Shown: positions 18,273-28,736, counted from the stretch's first letter. The stretch is 64,000 nt of DNA from a virus (IMGVR_UViG_3300036939_000021:1-64000); one strand, 5' to 3'. Translations and numbers: made by a program. The notes: generated from the sequence alone by a model not told the origin.

Positions 18273-19883
18273 ATGAAAACCGCACATACGATAAAAGAAC
18301 AACACCGAAACGCTTTATTAACAAATTGGATTCTACTGATAGCTAGTACCATATTTTTTCTGGCAGGACTAATCGATCATAGTAAAAATAAAAATATAAG
18401 TTTTAGATTATTTCTTGCAGGAACCTTAACTGCTGGAGGTTCAGTAATAACAGCAGAATTATCTAAGAGTATTAGCGCTCGTGCAAGGGTACAGCAAGAA
18501 TCTGACAAAAAAGGACTTGAACGTCAAATTAATCGTGAGCTGAAACTTGATGAAATGATTGCAAGTATTAAAACTCAGCAAAAGCTTGCGGAAATCGTAG
18601 AATTTACCGTACCAGATTATCAACAGCCACGTATTATAAAACAGTTTCGTTTAGAAGGAATGCTACCTCCTAATAATTCTAGGGGTGTAAGTCAAGAGTC
18701 CACACCGGAATCATCGAGAGGTTTTCAAGTAGCTTTACAGCCTGTAAAAGAATTAGTGGATGCTAAGACTAGAGATTTGATTGATATATCTTGGTTTAAT
18801 GAGAACGTTTATTTTGGTGGAGGAGTAATAGTAGGAGCAAAAGGAAGTGGTAAAACAGATTTACTTAAATTTATTGTTCTTAATATTTTACGATTGTGTC
18901 CTGATGTTAATCTTAAATTTTATAATATCCACTATGTAAAAGGAAAAACTAAATATTTTGAAGGAATGGATCGAGAATATGAAGAAAATTTATTTATTAC
19001 AGAACCACAAGAAATATTACGTGATGCAGAAAAATGTTATGCTGAGTTGCAAAAAAGAGAAAAAATTGGGGATATGTCTAGCCCCCCGATTGTTAGAATC
19101 CTGGACGAGCAAAAAGCTACTTTGGCTGAACTTGGTAATGAATTTGATCGATTAATTTTTGTTTTAAAAGAATTAGTTGATAGAGGTCGTAAGTATGGCA
19201 AGCAAGTTGTAAACGAATCAGGTACTAAATTTGATACAGGTTTTGTAGTTTGGCTTGCTTTGCATAATCCTAAAAAGGAAGTGAGCAAGATTGACAGCAG
19301 TTGGTTTGAGGAAAATGTATTTTTATTAGGAAAAACAATTAGTAATCCTAGTTCGCCTTTTCCTGCGGATTTTGATAGAAAAACTTTGCTTACACAACTT
19401 AATGCTACTAATTCTTTACTTGAGGCTAACAAACTTAAATTTGTGGGAGAGCCTAAAAACGATTTAGCACGAGCTTGTGTTTTTAGACTAAAAGATGATG
19501 AACCGTGTATCAAAATTATTCCAAGGTTTAATCTTGATAATATTGCTTACAGCGGTTCTGGAGTCGTACAGAAAGGAGAAGAAAAAGAAACACCGGAATC
19601 ATCAACAGTTACAGAAACTCCTGAATATAAAGGAGAGTACAATGCTCTTGATGCTAGTGGAGATACTTGGATTGAAAAAATAGTAAATTGGTTTAAAACT
19701 AATTCGGATGTTGATAATGAGATATTGAGAGAACAAGTAAATATAGTAAGAAAAAATTTAGTGGATTCTAGCCAGTATGCTCCTTTAACCGATGCTCAAT
19801 TATTTGAGCTTCGAGAACTTTTAGAACAAGAAATTAATGGTACAGAAGATAATGAGGAAAATATATCAGAAGATGAACAATGA
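18273..19883 (+). CDS. membrane-anchored FtsK/VirD4-like P-loop ATPase
   Basis: Two N-terminal hydrophobic segments; Walker A GAKGSGKT; Walker B RILDE; GRKYG arginine-finger-like motif. Confidence 0.7.
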   Translation: MKTAHTIKEQHRNALLTNWILLIASTIFFLAGLIDHSKNKNISFRLFLAGTLTAGGSVITAELSKSISARARVQQESDKKGLERQINRELKLDEMIASIKTQQKLAEIVEFTVPDYQQPRIIKQFRLEGMLPPNNSRGVSQESTPESSRGFQVALQPVKELVDAKTRDLIDISWFNENVYFGGGVIVGAKGSGKTDLLKFIVLNILRLCPDVNLKFYNIHYVKGKTKYFEGMDREYEENLFITEPQEILRDAEKCYAELQKREKIGDMSSPPIVRILDEQKATLAELGNEFDRLIFVLKELVDRGRKYGKQVVNESGTKFDTGFVVWLALHNPKKEVSKIDSSWFEENVFLLGKTISNPSSPFPADFDRKTLLTQLNATNSLLEANKLKFVGEPKNDLARACVFRLKDDEPCIKIIPRFNLDNIAYSGSGVVQKGEEKETPESSTVTETPEYKGEYNALDASGDTWIEKIVNWFKTNSDVDNEILREQVNIVRKNLVDSSQYAPLTDAQLFELRELLEQEINGTEDNEENISEDEQ

Positions 19884-20005
19884 AAAGAGTGATTTGTTTA
19901 TTTGTTTTAGAATTATTGCTTGAGTTGGTTGGAGTGAATACACCAGTAAGTTTAGATATTTTTGTAAATTTATTATTTACGGATACTATGGAGATTTTAT
20001 ATTAG

Positions 20006-20380
20006 ATGACGAATAAGAAACCAAAGTATGAATATGACTATCGTTATCCGCCGAATTGGCAACAAATTACTAGGAATATTCTTGACACGTATAAAGTATG
20101 TGCGTTGTGTCATAAAAATCCTAGTAAAGAAACTCATCATATGTTTTATAGAAAAAGTAGAGGTAGTGGTGATTTATTGCTAGCAGATGCTAAAGTACTA
20201 AATCACCTAATTCCTTTATGTCTTATTTGTCACAAAAAAGCCCATCAAATTAAAGGAAGAAATGGTAAAAATAAAATAACTTATATTTTACATCCTGATG
20301 ATAATTCAAAAAATCGTAATACTTCTGCTTTTGTAAAACAATTACAGGTGAGTTTTAAAATTTTGTATGGAGATAAATAA
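20006..20380 (+). CDS. HNH endonuclease-like protein
   Basis: YPPNW..CALC..THH..LIPLCLICHKKAH. Confidence 0.75.
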   Translation: MTNKKPKYEYDYRYPPNWQQITRNILDTYKVCALCHKNPSKETHHMFYRKSRGSGDLLLADAKVLNHLIPLCLICHKKAHQIKGRNGKNKITYILHPDDNSKNRNTSAFVKQLQVSFKILYGDK

Positions 20381-20628
20381 TGAATAAATATGTATGGGCA
20401 GAATATATGCAACAGTTAGATCAACAAGCTGCTGATTTTAGGAGACAACTGAGAGCCGATTTTCAGAGTCTAAGGACGGTTCATACAGTCTTTGATGATG
20501 TAGCTGAAGAATCAGCACAACTACTGGCAGAGCTTAAAGGAGAGGCATCACAGTCTAAAGGAAAACAACCGAGGATATTAGAAGCGACTTTAATAGATGA
20601 TGATGATTCCGGTGAGGATGATTGGTAG
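20380..20628 (+). CDS. hypothetical protein
   Basis: Overlapping TAATG junction. Confidence 0.65.
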   Translation: MNKYVWAEYMQQLDQQAADFRRQLRADFQSLRTVHTVFDDVAEESAQLLAELKGEASQSKGKQPRILEATLIDDDDSGEDDW

Positions 20629-20702
20629 AATTTTTTTAGATTTTATTGACATCTCGCTTTTTTATTAATAAAATATAGGAGTAGCTAGAAAAAATCTAAA
20701 AA

Positions 20703-21035
20703 ATGATTCATAGAATAGAACAACAAATTTTAAGAAAATTCTTTAATAATGCTGATGAAAATTTAAAACAGGCTATATATCGAGGTATCTATAATAGAAT
20801 CTCTCATAAAAATAGAAAAAAACTTCAAAAGCTTAGACAAACATATTTTAAAGTTTTTAAAACACAGTGGAAGTTTTTTGATTTTTTAGTTGATGCTTAT
20901 TCAGAATATCCAGAAACGATAAAAGCTAAAAAAATAGTAATAATAAAAAGTGTAAACTTTGAGTACAAGCTAGCTTCTTGGTTTGTACCTATTTTTATTA
21001 GAAAAACGAAACTAAAAGATTTTAAAGTAATATAA
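20703..21035 (+). CDS. hypothetical basic protein
   Basis: Promoter 20646. Confidence 0.6.
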   Translation: MIHRIEQQILRKFFNNADENLKQAIYRGIYNRISHKNRKKLQKLRQTYFKVFKTQWKFFDFLVDAYSEYPETIKAKKIVIIKSVNFEYKLASWFVPIFIRKTKLKDFKVI

Positions 21036-21292
21036 TGAGCGAAATTATTGTAGGTAAAGAGAGACAAAAGCAACTCGATCAAATTTGCTTTAAATTAAAA
21101 TGTGAATCTGATTTGACTTTAGAAGAAGTGACAATATTGTTTTATGAAATAGAATGTGATAACTCAGCTCTTTACGGTATTCTATGTATTCTTCATGAAT
21201 TAATAGAGAAAAATAATCAGGAAGAATTAGAAAAAATATATGAGCAACTGAAACATTATGAAATAGCGTTTCTCAATATTATTGACATCTAG
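21035..21292 (+). CDS. hypothetical protein
   Basis: TAATG coupling. Confidence 0.6.
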   Translation: MSEIIVGKERQKQLDQICFKLKCESDLTLEEVTILFYEIECDNSALYGILCILHELIEKNNQEELEKIYEQLKHYEIAFLNIIDI

Positions 21293-21344
21293 TAAAAATT
21301 GGCATATACTAAAATAGTAGACAAAAAGCAAAGAGCTTGTAGAA

Positions 21345-21569
21345 ATGTCAATATTACATCCTGATACTAATCAACCGATTAAAATTGCCTACTCTCTTTT
21401 TGGCGTTAATTTAATAGGAAAATTAGCTGAAATTGAGGGTGATGATTCTGATGGGTATAAAGCAATTGTAATCAATGATAAAGACAAGATTATTGGTTTA
21501 GCTATTGATTATGTAGATAGTGATGGATGGCATATACAAAAAGCTGAAGTTAAACCTCCAGGATGGTAA
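21345..21569 (+). CDS. hypothetical protein
   Basis: Promoter 21282. Confidence 0.65.
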   Translation: MSILHPDTNQPIKIAYSLFGVNLIGKLAEIEGDDSDGYKAIVINDKDKIIGLAIDYVDSDGWHIQKAEVKPPGW

Positions 21570-21614
21570 AAACAGCACAAATTTAATAATAAAACTAAAA
21601 GAGAAAAAAAAAAC

Positions 21615-22445
21615 ATGGAATCATCAACAATACTTACAGCTGATCCTATTGTGAAATGGGCAGGAGGAAAAAGAGCTATTAAAGAAAAAATTAAACAATA
21701 TTTCCCTAAAGATTTTCAGACTTATATAGAGCCGTTTTGTGGAGGTGCTGCTATTGCTTTAAGTATGGGTTTAGATAATGTTGTAATAAATGATATAAAT
21801 GCAGATTTGATTAATGTGTATCTATATTTAAAAGATAGTATGAAATATAAATATCTAATGTATTATCTTGAATATTGGCAAAGTAATAATAATTATTTAT
21901 CTGAAAAGTTTTATTATAGATTGCGTACTGCTTATAATAAACATAATGATAAATTAGTAAATGCTGCCCAATTCATAGCACTCAATAAACTAGGATATAA
22001 CGGATTATTCCGTGTGAATTCTAAGGGTGAGTTTAATGTACCTTGGGGTAAGCGTTCTGCTAGTACTAAAATATATGAGCCAGAAAAAATAGAAGCTATT
22101 CACAAAAAATTGCAAACTATCCAAATTTATAATAAAAATTATTGGGAGCTTGATTATAAAGCCAGAGATTTTGTATATCTTGATCCTCCATACGATACGG
22201 ATAAACAAAACTTTACTTCTTATAATTCTGGGGTGTTTAGTAAGATTGAACAAGCAAATTTAAGTGTTTTTTGTTCTTTTCTTACTAATGATGGTGTTAG
22301 ATTTTGTCAGTCTAATGCCGATACGGAATTTATCCGAGAACTCTACAAAGATTTTAATATTTATGAGATTGAAGCACCTAGACGAATTGCTTGTAATGGT
22401 GATAGAACGAAAGCTAAGGAAGTACTAATTACAAATTATGTCTGA
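21615..22445 (+). CDS. dam: D12-class (Dam-like) N6-adenine DNA methyltransferase
   Basis: KWAGGK, YIEPFCGGAA, INDIN, YNGLFRVNSKGEFNVPWG, YLDPPY. Confidence 0.92.
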   Translation: MESSTILTADPIVKWAGGKRAIKEKIKQYFPKDFQTYIEPFCGGAAIALSMGLDNVVINDINADLINVYLYLKDSMKYKYLMYYLEYWQSNNNYLSEKFYYRLRTAYNKHNDKLVNAAQFIALNKLGYNGLFRVNSKGEFNVPWGKRSASTKIYEPEKIEAIHKKLQTIQIYNKNYWELDYKARDFVYLDPPYDTDKQNFTSYNSGVFSKIEQANLSVFCSFLTNDGVRFCQSNADTEFIRELYKDFNIYEIEAPRRIACNGDRTKAKEVLITNYV

Positions 22446-22625
22446 TTTAACTGAAGAAAAAAAAAACAAATCTTATTAATACTTAGCACAGAAGTAGAAG
22501 TAAATTACTGGAATAATAATCAAGATGTTCAGATACTTATTGATAAAAAATTAATAAAAGTCGTTGAGCAGTATTCAGATTATCGAGTTGTGAAATTAGT
22601 AAATAGGGAAAATAGTGATGCCTAA
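22438..22625 (+). pseudogene. about 62-aa ORF broken at an A10 run (22457-22466)
   Basis: Adding one A gives MSDLTEEKKKQILLIL...NSDA*, coupled to both neighbours. Confidence 0.55.
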
Positions 22626-23034
22626 AAAAAGAAAAAACAATGAAGCAAGATCTAATTTAAAATTTTTGAAAGAATTTATATATCATTTAGAAGTACTTAC
22701 TTGTTCTTTAGATATATTTTCTGATTCAGCATTGCCAGAATTTTTACAAGTAATAAATAAAAGATTATATAATCATTTAGGTTTAGAGGAGGAGAAAAAA
22801 ATATTGCATAGTATGCTAGAGAAGATCTATAAACCTTACATATTTACCGATAGATATCAAGATAGACGAGATATATTAAAAGGTTTTATTTATCATATTG
22901 AAAGGAGTTTAGAAAAATATTCTCATAGATGGAATCACGAGAATACTTATGAATTTTTAAAAGATCAAAAATATAATTTATTTTTATTAGAATGTAAAGC
23001 TGAGTTAGAATTCTGGAAAGAATTTGATAGATAG
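22618..23034 (+). CDS. hypothetical protein with internal repeat
   Basis: LKEFIYHLE / LKGFIYHIE. Confidence 0.65.
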   Translation: MPKKRKNNEARSNLKFLKEFIYHLEVLTCSLDIFSDSALPEFLQVINKRLYNHLGLEEEKKILHSMLEKIYKPYIFTDRYQDRRDILKGFIYHIERSLEKYSHRWNHENTYEFLKDQKYNLFLLECKAELEFWKEFDR

Positions 23035-23096
23035 TATTTGACATCTATTAAAAAATGACATATACTAAAATAGTAACTTAAGAATCATAGAGACTC

Positions 23097-23346
23097 ATGG
23101 AATCATCAGTTAACGAAAAACCTTCTTATACTCCAACTCATCAGCTTAAAACAATAGATCCTTACTTTAGTAAAATTTGGGATGGAGATAAAACATTAGA
23201 GCTATGTTTTAAAGTTTTTACCTCGTACTATAGCTGTAAAAGTTACTGATATCATTACTTCTGATGAGTTTGAAGGATTAAAAGAAGGTTGGGTAGCAAT
23301 GAGTATTATTGTTTTAGAGAAAACTAAACATGATGTTTTATGTTAA
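23097..23346 (+). pseudogene. DUF3850/ASCH-like gene with internal deletion and frameshift
   Basis: Frame A: THQLKTIDPYFSKIWDGDKTLEL. Frame B: VKVTDI..EGLKEGWVAMSI. The central part typical of the family is missing. Confidence 0.6.
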
Positions 23347-24839
23347 CTCGCAAGATTCTTAGGCTTTTTAGAACCTAATAAAGTTCTATCACCTTCTCTC
23401 TTAAACGGATATATTGAATGTATAAGATAACCTGCTGCATCTGATAAATGAGATAACAAAGGATTGTCCTTAGCAATATCTTTATTTCCGTCATAGGTGA
23501 CTTGCTCAAAATCTTTTATAAGATTAGGGCATTCCACAAAATCAACAAAACATCGATTTTGTTTAAAAAGCAAATTTACGCTATGGATACGGTTGATAAC
23601 GTAGGGATTGCTTTTAGCGAATTTTTTAGTTAAATATCCTGGAGGTCTGAATTTAGTGATAGGTTTTAGTTGTTCTGTAACAATATCCCAACTAGACAAT
23701 CTGGAATTAGCTGATCTTGCTCTACCTGTGGCATCTCCAAAGATTTGAATAGCTGGGGGAGAGCCGTTATCGATTATCCAATCTGTGACTGATTCCGTTA
23801 ATTCCCAAATATCAGAATCTAAAATAAACCATTCTTTACAAAAATGTATTTCACCTTGACGTTGTTGGGCAGCGAGACAGATAGCAGGAGAATAATTGAA
23901 ATCGAATGTGAGGAGTAAGGGGAGATTGGGATCGTATTCTAAAATTTCTGCATCTTCATCACGTAGGCAATGAATACGACGATCGAAAGATTTGTAGACT
24001 AATCCGACAGCACTTTGTACAAATTGACCCTCAAGCTCTTGTTTAAAAAGTTCATCGCTATAATTTATTTCAAGAGATTGTATATAATCCTCTCCTAAAT
24101 GTTCAAGATTTTCTCTTGTAGAACATTGCACCATTTTATAAAGATTTTGCATTTCTGGACTTCTGTTAGGATCGGCAAAACGTTCCCATATCCAGTTATA
24201 CGAATTCGGAGAAGTTGAAATAATTCCTTGACCTTTTAACTCCGGGCATTCGCCTCTTCCAAGCCTACCTATCAAAACATTGAAAGCTGATTCACTTGAA
24301 TATGCTAATTCATCTCCCCAGAAAAATCTAATTTCGAGTCCTCTCGCACTTTCAGTCTTCCCCATAAAAGAACTCATACTTAAAACATAAATAAAAGTTC
24401 TTTCTTTTCCTATATAACATCTTTGACAATTTGCAATTTTTAAAGCTTGATCTTCAACAGATGCAGCATAAGGTTCTAATGGAATATTAAATTCACGGCA
24501 AACTCTAACAAGCGTTTGAAGCGTTGCTCTGGATAATTGCCCGAAAGTATTGCTACAGACGAGTCCTTTTGCTTTTGGGTAAAGAAGCGCTTTTGCACAC
24601 AACCATACAGCTCCTGCATGACTCTTTCCCGCTCCAATACCAGCAATCATAGCCGTGAACTTATGATCGGGGTTTTCTTTTTTATCCCATTTTGTTAATT
24701 CTAAAAATCTACGCTGACCTGGATTAGGAATAAATTGATTAAAAAGTGTGGGAGTATCCTCCACAATATTTTTCTCTAGCTCTAATTCCTGTTTTGTAGA
24801 ATTTTCATAAGATAGTAAAGTAGACCAACTAACTCCCAT
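23343..24839 (-). CDS. terL: terminase large subunit
   Basis: Walker A GIGAGKS; RGLE..FWGDE Walker B; STSPN coupling motif; FDFN..GDATG..HLSDAAGY nuclease domain. Confidence 0.93.
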   Translation of the reverse strand: MGVSWSTLLSYENSTKQELELEKNIVEDTPTLFNQFIPNPGQRRFLELTKWDKKENPDHKFTAMIAGIGAGKSHAGAVWLCAKALLYPKAKGLVCSNTFGQLSRATLQTLVRVCREFNIPLEPYAASVEDQALKIANCQRCYIGKERTFIYVLSMSSFMGKTESARGLEIRFFWGDELAYSSESAFNVLIGRLGRGECPELKGQGIISTSPNSYNWIWERFADPNRSPEMQNLYKMVQCSTRENLEHLGEDYIQSLEINYSDELFKQELEGQFVQSAVGLVYKSFDRRIHCLRDEDAEILEYDPNLPLLLTFDFNYSPAICLAAQQRQGEIHFCKEWFILDSDIWELTESVTDWIIDNGSPPAIQIFGDATGRARSANSRLSSWDIVTEQLKPITKFRPPGYLTKKFAKSNPYVINRIHSVNLLFKQNRCFVDFVECPNLIKDFEQVTYDGNKDIAKDNPLLSHLSDAAGYLIHSIYPFKREGDRTLLGSKKPKNLAS

Positions 24840-24898
24840 AAAAATACAGTAAGATTTTTTAATATAATCTTACTGTATCTCATTACATTTTAAATTGT

Positions 24899-25930
24899 CT
24901 ATTTTTTAGGTCTTAAAGAAGGTGTATAGAAGGACTCTTGAACACTCCAACCTTTCTTTAATCTATAAATAATGCCACTAGGTGTTACTAGAGGTGGTTT
25001 ACCTTCTTGAGTAAGAATATAAATCCATTCACTTAAACATTTAGTTTCACCTCGATATGTAATTAAAAAACTATTTCGTTTGTTCCATGTATTTTCTCTC
25101 ATTGTCGTGTAAATACAATTCTCTTTATAATATCCGTCCATATTATTGACTCTTTCAATTGTTAAACCTTTAGGTCTTTCTCCCATATCTTCTAAAAAAT
25201 TTTCAAATTTGAGCCACCTATCACAAACAGTAATACCTCTACCTCCATAGTTATGATAAGCTTGACTTTTTGGATCAAAGCAACGATCAATCATAGATCG
25301 CCATGTTTTATAAGTACGACTATATTTAGATCCTTGTCTAACAATTGAAGTATGACCATGAATTATTGATCTATTAATACATTCTTTACTAAGAAAATTA
25401 CCACAACTTTTTGTATTACCTTTAATTAAATTTTGGTAAGAAGGTGTCGTTATAGCTCCACAGTCACATATGCATTTCCAGTGTATAGCATTATCTTTAT
25501 TTAATTTTGCTGGTATTATTTCTAAAGCTATTAATCGACCAAAACTTTGACCTTTAATATCAGGCTCTTTTCTTGTTTTTTCACATCCACATGATTTGAT
25601 ATATTTTAAATAGTTTGTCGTGATTAACCGAGTTGTTCCGCATTTACATTGACATTCCCAAATATATTCTTTCCCTTTTTTATGATCTAGTTTTAAAACT
25701 GTCCACATACCAAAAACTTTACCAACAATATTAGGAGTATCTTTACGTATACATCCACAACATTTACTAGAGCCTGTTTTAAGACTTGATAATAAAACAG
25801 TTCTGATAGTGCCACATTCGCATTGACATCTCCAATATTTTCTAATAGAATCACTTTTTTCTTCATCAAAATTTAAAACTGTCCACATTCCGAAAGTCTG
25901 ACCTGTTAAATCAATCAATTTTCGTGGCAT
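24899..25930 (-). CDS. HNH homing endonuclease with 3 Cys-rich N-terminal repeats
   Basis: 3x G..FG...L..W.C.C.CG; YGGRGITVCDRW..F..DMGERP...TIERVNN..GY...NC. Confidence 0.88.
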   Translation of the reverse strand: MPRKLIDLTGQTFGMWTVLNFDEEKSDSIRKYWRCQCECGTIRTVLLSSLKTGSSKCCGCIRKDTPNIVGKVFGMWTVLKLDHKKGKEYIWECQCKCGTTRLITTNYLKYIKSCGCEKTRKEPDIKGQSFGRLIALEIIPAKLNKDNAIHWKCICDCGAITTPSYQNLIKGNTKSCGNFLSKECINRSIIHGHTSIVRQGSKYSRTYKTWRSMIDRCFDPKSQAYHNYGGRGITVCDRWLKFENFLEDMGERPKGLTIERVNNMDGYYKENCIYTTMRENTWNKRNSFLITYRGETKCLSEWIYILTQEGKPPLVTPSGIIYRLKKGWSVQESFYTPSLRPKK

Positions 25931-26150
25931 AATAGACCTATAACAACTTATTGGTTCTAAAACACTTCTTTCTTTTGCATGGGGAGAAGTGTTTTTGTGT
26001 ATCTATATAGTATAGCATCTATTATTTTTCTACATCTGTGCCATAATTAGCGAAAAATTATTTTAATAGAATTGCAATATGCTCTTGCCATCTTCTGAAA
26101 ATTCGCATATGATAGAGAAGTCGGAAGAAAAGCTGAGAGCTAAGAAAAAA

Positions 26151-26438
26151 ATGGATTACGGCACAATCAATCTAGAGCAAGAAGAATTGGAAATTGAACA
26201 AAGCTTAGAAAAAATACGCAAATTGATTTTAGAAATTCAACGCACCGAATATTGCAATCTGACTAAGCTGGCTAAAAAATGCATGAGAGAGAATCTAACA
26301 ACCCGACCGGATAAAGCAACTCTCAAAGATTGGCTCAATAATACAAAAGATGTCATTCTATTTGAAATGAGCAAATACAAAAATTTTAGCTACGAAATCA
26401 GCACAGACCGGATTATCTACCATCGCTTTATGAGATAG
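26151..26438 (+). CDS. hypothetical early protein
   Basis: ATG after the repeated leader AGTCGGAAGAAAAGCTGAGAGCTAAGAAAA. Confidence 0.65.
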   Translation: MDYGTINLEQEELEIEQSLEKIRKLILEIQRTEYCNLTKLAKKCMRENLTTRPDKATLKDWLNNTKDVILFEMSKYKNFSYEISTDRIIYHRFMR

Positions 26439-26601
26439 TCTTTCAAAAGCTACAGAAAACAATCAAATCGGAATCATTAATGATTCCGATTTTTTTTTAT
26501 CGTTCTGAATTTTTATAAAAATATTTTTAGAATATGCATTGACATCTTAGATTTTTATTGCCATAATTAAGGAGTCGGAAGAAAAGCTGAGAGCTAAGAA
26601 A

Positions 26602-26844
26602 ATGGAAAACCAAAACATCGAAGTAATTCTAAAAGCCATCATCCAAAATTCTTTCAAGCCTGAATTTATCGAAAATACACAACCGAAAGAACTTCGCAAA
26701 AGAGCAATAGGAATTCTACTTTCAGAACTTGCAGAATATGAAGTAGACACAATCTTAGAAATTGCCGCAGTCGCTTGCGATGAATCGAATTGGTCAGAAC
26801 TCGGAAGAAGCTTAAGAATTCAAGCGAGAAATATTGATCATTAA
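26602..26844 (+). CDS. hypothetical early protein
   Basis: Same leader; promoter 26539. Confidence 0.7.
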   Translation: MENQNIEVILKAIIQNSFKPEFIENTQPKELRKRAIGILLSELAEYEVDTILEIAAVACDESNWSELGRSLRIQARNIDH

Positions 26845-26910
26845 TCGGAATCATCAGGATTGCATCTACTACTTACCGCAAACTATCACAAACTTTAAGG
26901 ATTTTTCATC

Positions 26911-27102
26911 ATGACTACTCAAACCAAACTAACCAAAAAACAAGCACTTGCACAATATAAAGCGCTTAATGCTGATTTCATTAAATCAGAACACAAATAT
27001 CCAACAACACTTAACTCTGATTGGCAATGCTATTGCGATATGCTAGCAAGGGATGGAAAAATTACTGAAAAGCAGAGAATGACTTGGGATAATCCTTTTT
27101 AA
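26911..27102 (+). CDS. small hypothetical phage protein
   Basis: TKKQAL..W..YCD.L.RDG.IT..Q..TWDNPF. Confidence 0.7.
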   Translation: MTTQTKLTKKQALAQYKALNADFIKSEHKYPTTLNSDWQCYCDMLARDGKITEKQRMTWDNPF

Positions 27103-27176
27103 AAATTAAATAATCACAAAAAAAACCTACTGGAATCATAAAGATTATTCCGATGTGGGTTTTTTTTTCTGCTGTT

Positions 27177-27854
27177 CTAAAAATTCTTATTTTTGCCCTG
27201 TAAAAGAGGTGTTAAGAAAGCTTTTTCTACTGTCCAACCTTTATTAAGTCTTTGTAGAATACAACCGTAACTAGCAGTATTTTTGCCTTCAATTTTTAAT
27301 ATTTCAACCCATTCAGCTAAACTTTTTATTTTATTTCTAAAATTGATTCGTTTTGAATTAGTTCTATTTAAACATTGCCTATCCATTTTAATATAACAAC
27401 AATTAGATTTTTCATAGTTACCATTAACATCTATTCTTTCTATAGAGTATCCTTCTGGACGTTCTCCCATATCTGCAAGAAAATTTTCAAAGCTATTTAG
27501 CCATCTGTCACAAACAATAATACCTCTTCCTCCATAATCAGGATAATCTAAACTATTTGGATTTAAACATCTATTTTTCATCGCGCTCCAAGTCCTATAA
27601 GTAAGACTTGGTTTATTTCCACAATAATGACCGTGAGTTGTTTGTGCTTCTTTTATATTAATAAATTTAGTGCAACCGCAATTTGTACTAGTACCTCTTC
27701 TTAAATTGTTGCCAAAAACTTGTTTTTCTGTTTTATTATCACAATTGCATTGACACCACCATAAATGCATTTTATTTTTATCTACATGACTATATCTTAA
27801 AACTTTCCAAGATCCAAAAGTCATACCTGTTAAATCAATCAATTTTGCTGACAT
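27177..27854 (-). CDS. HNH homing endonuclease (paralogue of 24899-25930, one Cys-rich repeat)
   Basis: DLTGMTFG..YGGRGIIVCDRW..DMGERP..SIERIDVNGNY...NC. Confidence 0.88.
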   Translation of the reverse strand: MSAKLIDLTGMTFGSWKVLRYSHVDKNKMHLWWCQCNCDNKTEKQVFGNNLRRGTSTNCGCTKFINIKEAQTTHGHYCGNKPSLTYRTWSAMKNRCLNPNSLDYPDYGGRGIIVCDRWLNSFENFLADMGERPEGYSIERIDVNGNYEKSNCCYIKMDRQCLNRTNSKRINFRNKIKSLAEWVEILKIEGKNTASYGCILQRLNKGWTVEKAFLTPLLQGKNKNF

Positions 27855-28018
27855 AATAGAATAAATGCCTTATTAGGTTTTAAGACGTTCTTTAGCTTTT
27901 GAGTGGATAAAGAACGTCTTATTTTATATGATTATAGCATCTTAGAAAATTTTTTATTCTTTTGGAGAAGCTTCTAAAAATGCAATATGATAGAGACATC
28001 TCTCAAAAATATTGCAAA

Positions 28019-28663
28019 ATGAAGCCTAAACTATCTACAGTCACAGCAAATTTAAATAATAAGAGATTAATAATTCAAGGCAAAAAAATAACTTTTGAAA
28101 TAGATCAAAAAAATTATAATCAGATAAATAATTTTTTATGGCAAGCTATAGCACTACAAGCGACTAAGAAAAAAGGAAATTTTGAATTTGAATTAGATAA
28201 GGAAGAATTACAGCATCTTTATGGATTAGGAAAAGTCTTGAAGAAAAAAGAACCGGAGAAAACTTTTAATATTAAAAAAGCTCCAAGCAATCTTAAGGCA
28301 ATGTCTTGTCACGCTCCTTTTGCTTATGCAATTTGCATGGGTCTTAAGGATGAAGAATACAGAACTATTCCTACTAATATCCGAGGATGGATTTTAATTC
28401 ATGCTAGTCTAGCTAAAACATCAGATACATATTTTCAAGATTATGATATTGATCCTAAAAAAGTAGAACGAGGGGCAATTATAGGGGCAGCTTTAATCGA
28501 GGATTGCTTAGGAGAGCCTGGAGACTGGGCATATATGATTTCAGACTATCGACTTTTTGATAAGCCTCTAAAAGGCATACAGGGCAAACAGATTATATTT
28601 TGGGGAGCTAAGACAGATTTTGAAAAGCAAGCTTTTGATAAAGCTTGGAGCATGATAGACTAA
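28019..28663 (+). CDS. ASCH-domain protein
   Basis: AMSCHAPFAYAICMGLKDEEYR..RGWILIHAS..RGAIIG..G.Q..FW. Confidence 0.85.
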   Translation: MKPKLSTVTANLNNKRLIIQGKKITFEIDQKNYNQINNFLWQAIALQATKKKGNFEFELDKEELQHLYGLGKVLKKKEPEKTFNIKKAPSNLKAMSCHAPFAYAICMGLKDEEYRTIPTNIRGWILIHASLAKTSDTYFQDYDIDPKKVERGAIIGAALIEDCLGEPGDWAYMISDYRLFDKPLKGIQGKQIIFWGAKTDFEKQAFDKAWSMID

Positions 28664-28736
28664 AAGAACATAGAAAAAAACCTTTTCAGGGGTCTATAAT
28701 TTTATAGACCTCTTTTTTGTTTTTAGGTTAAAAATT

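Noticed and set aside
20006-20380. RGSGD in the HNH protein as another PatS-like motif
   Set aside because: Lacks the terminal Arg and is internal to a nuclease domain.
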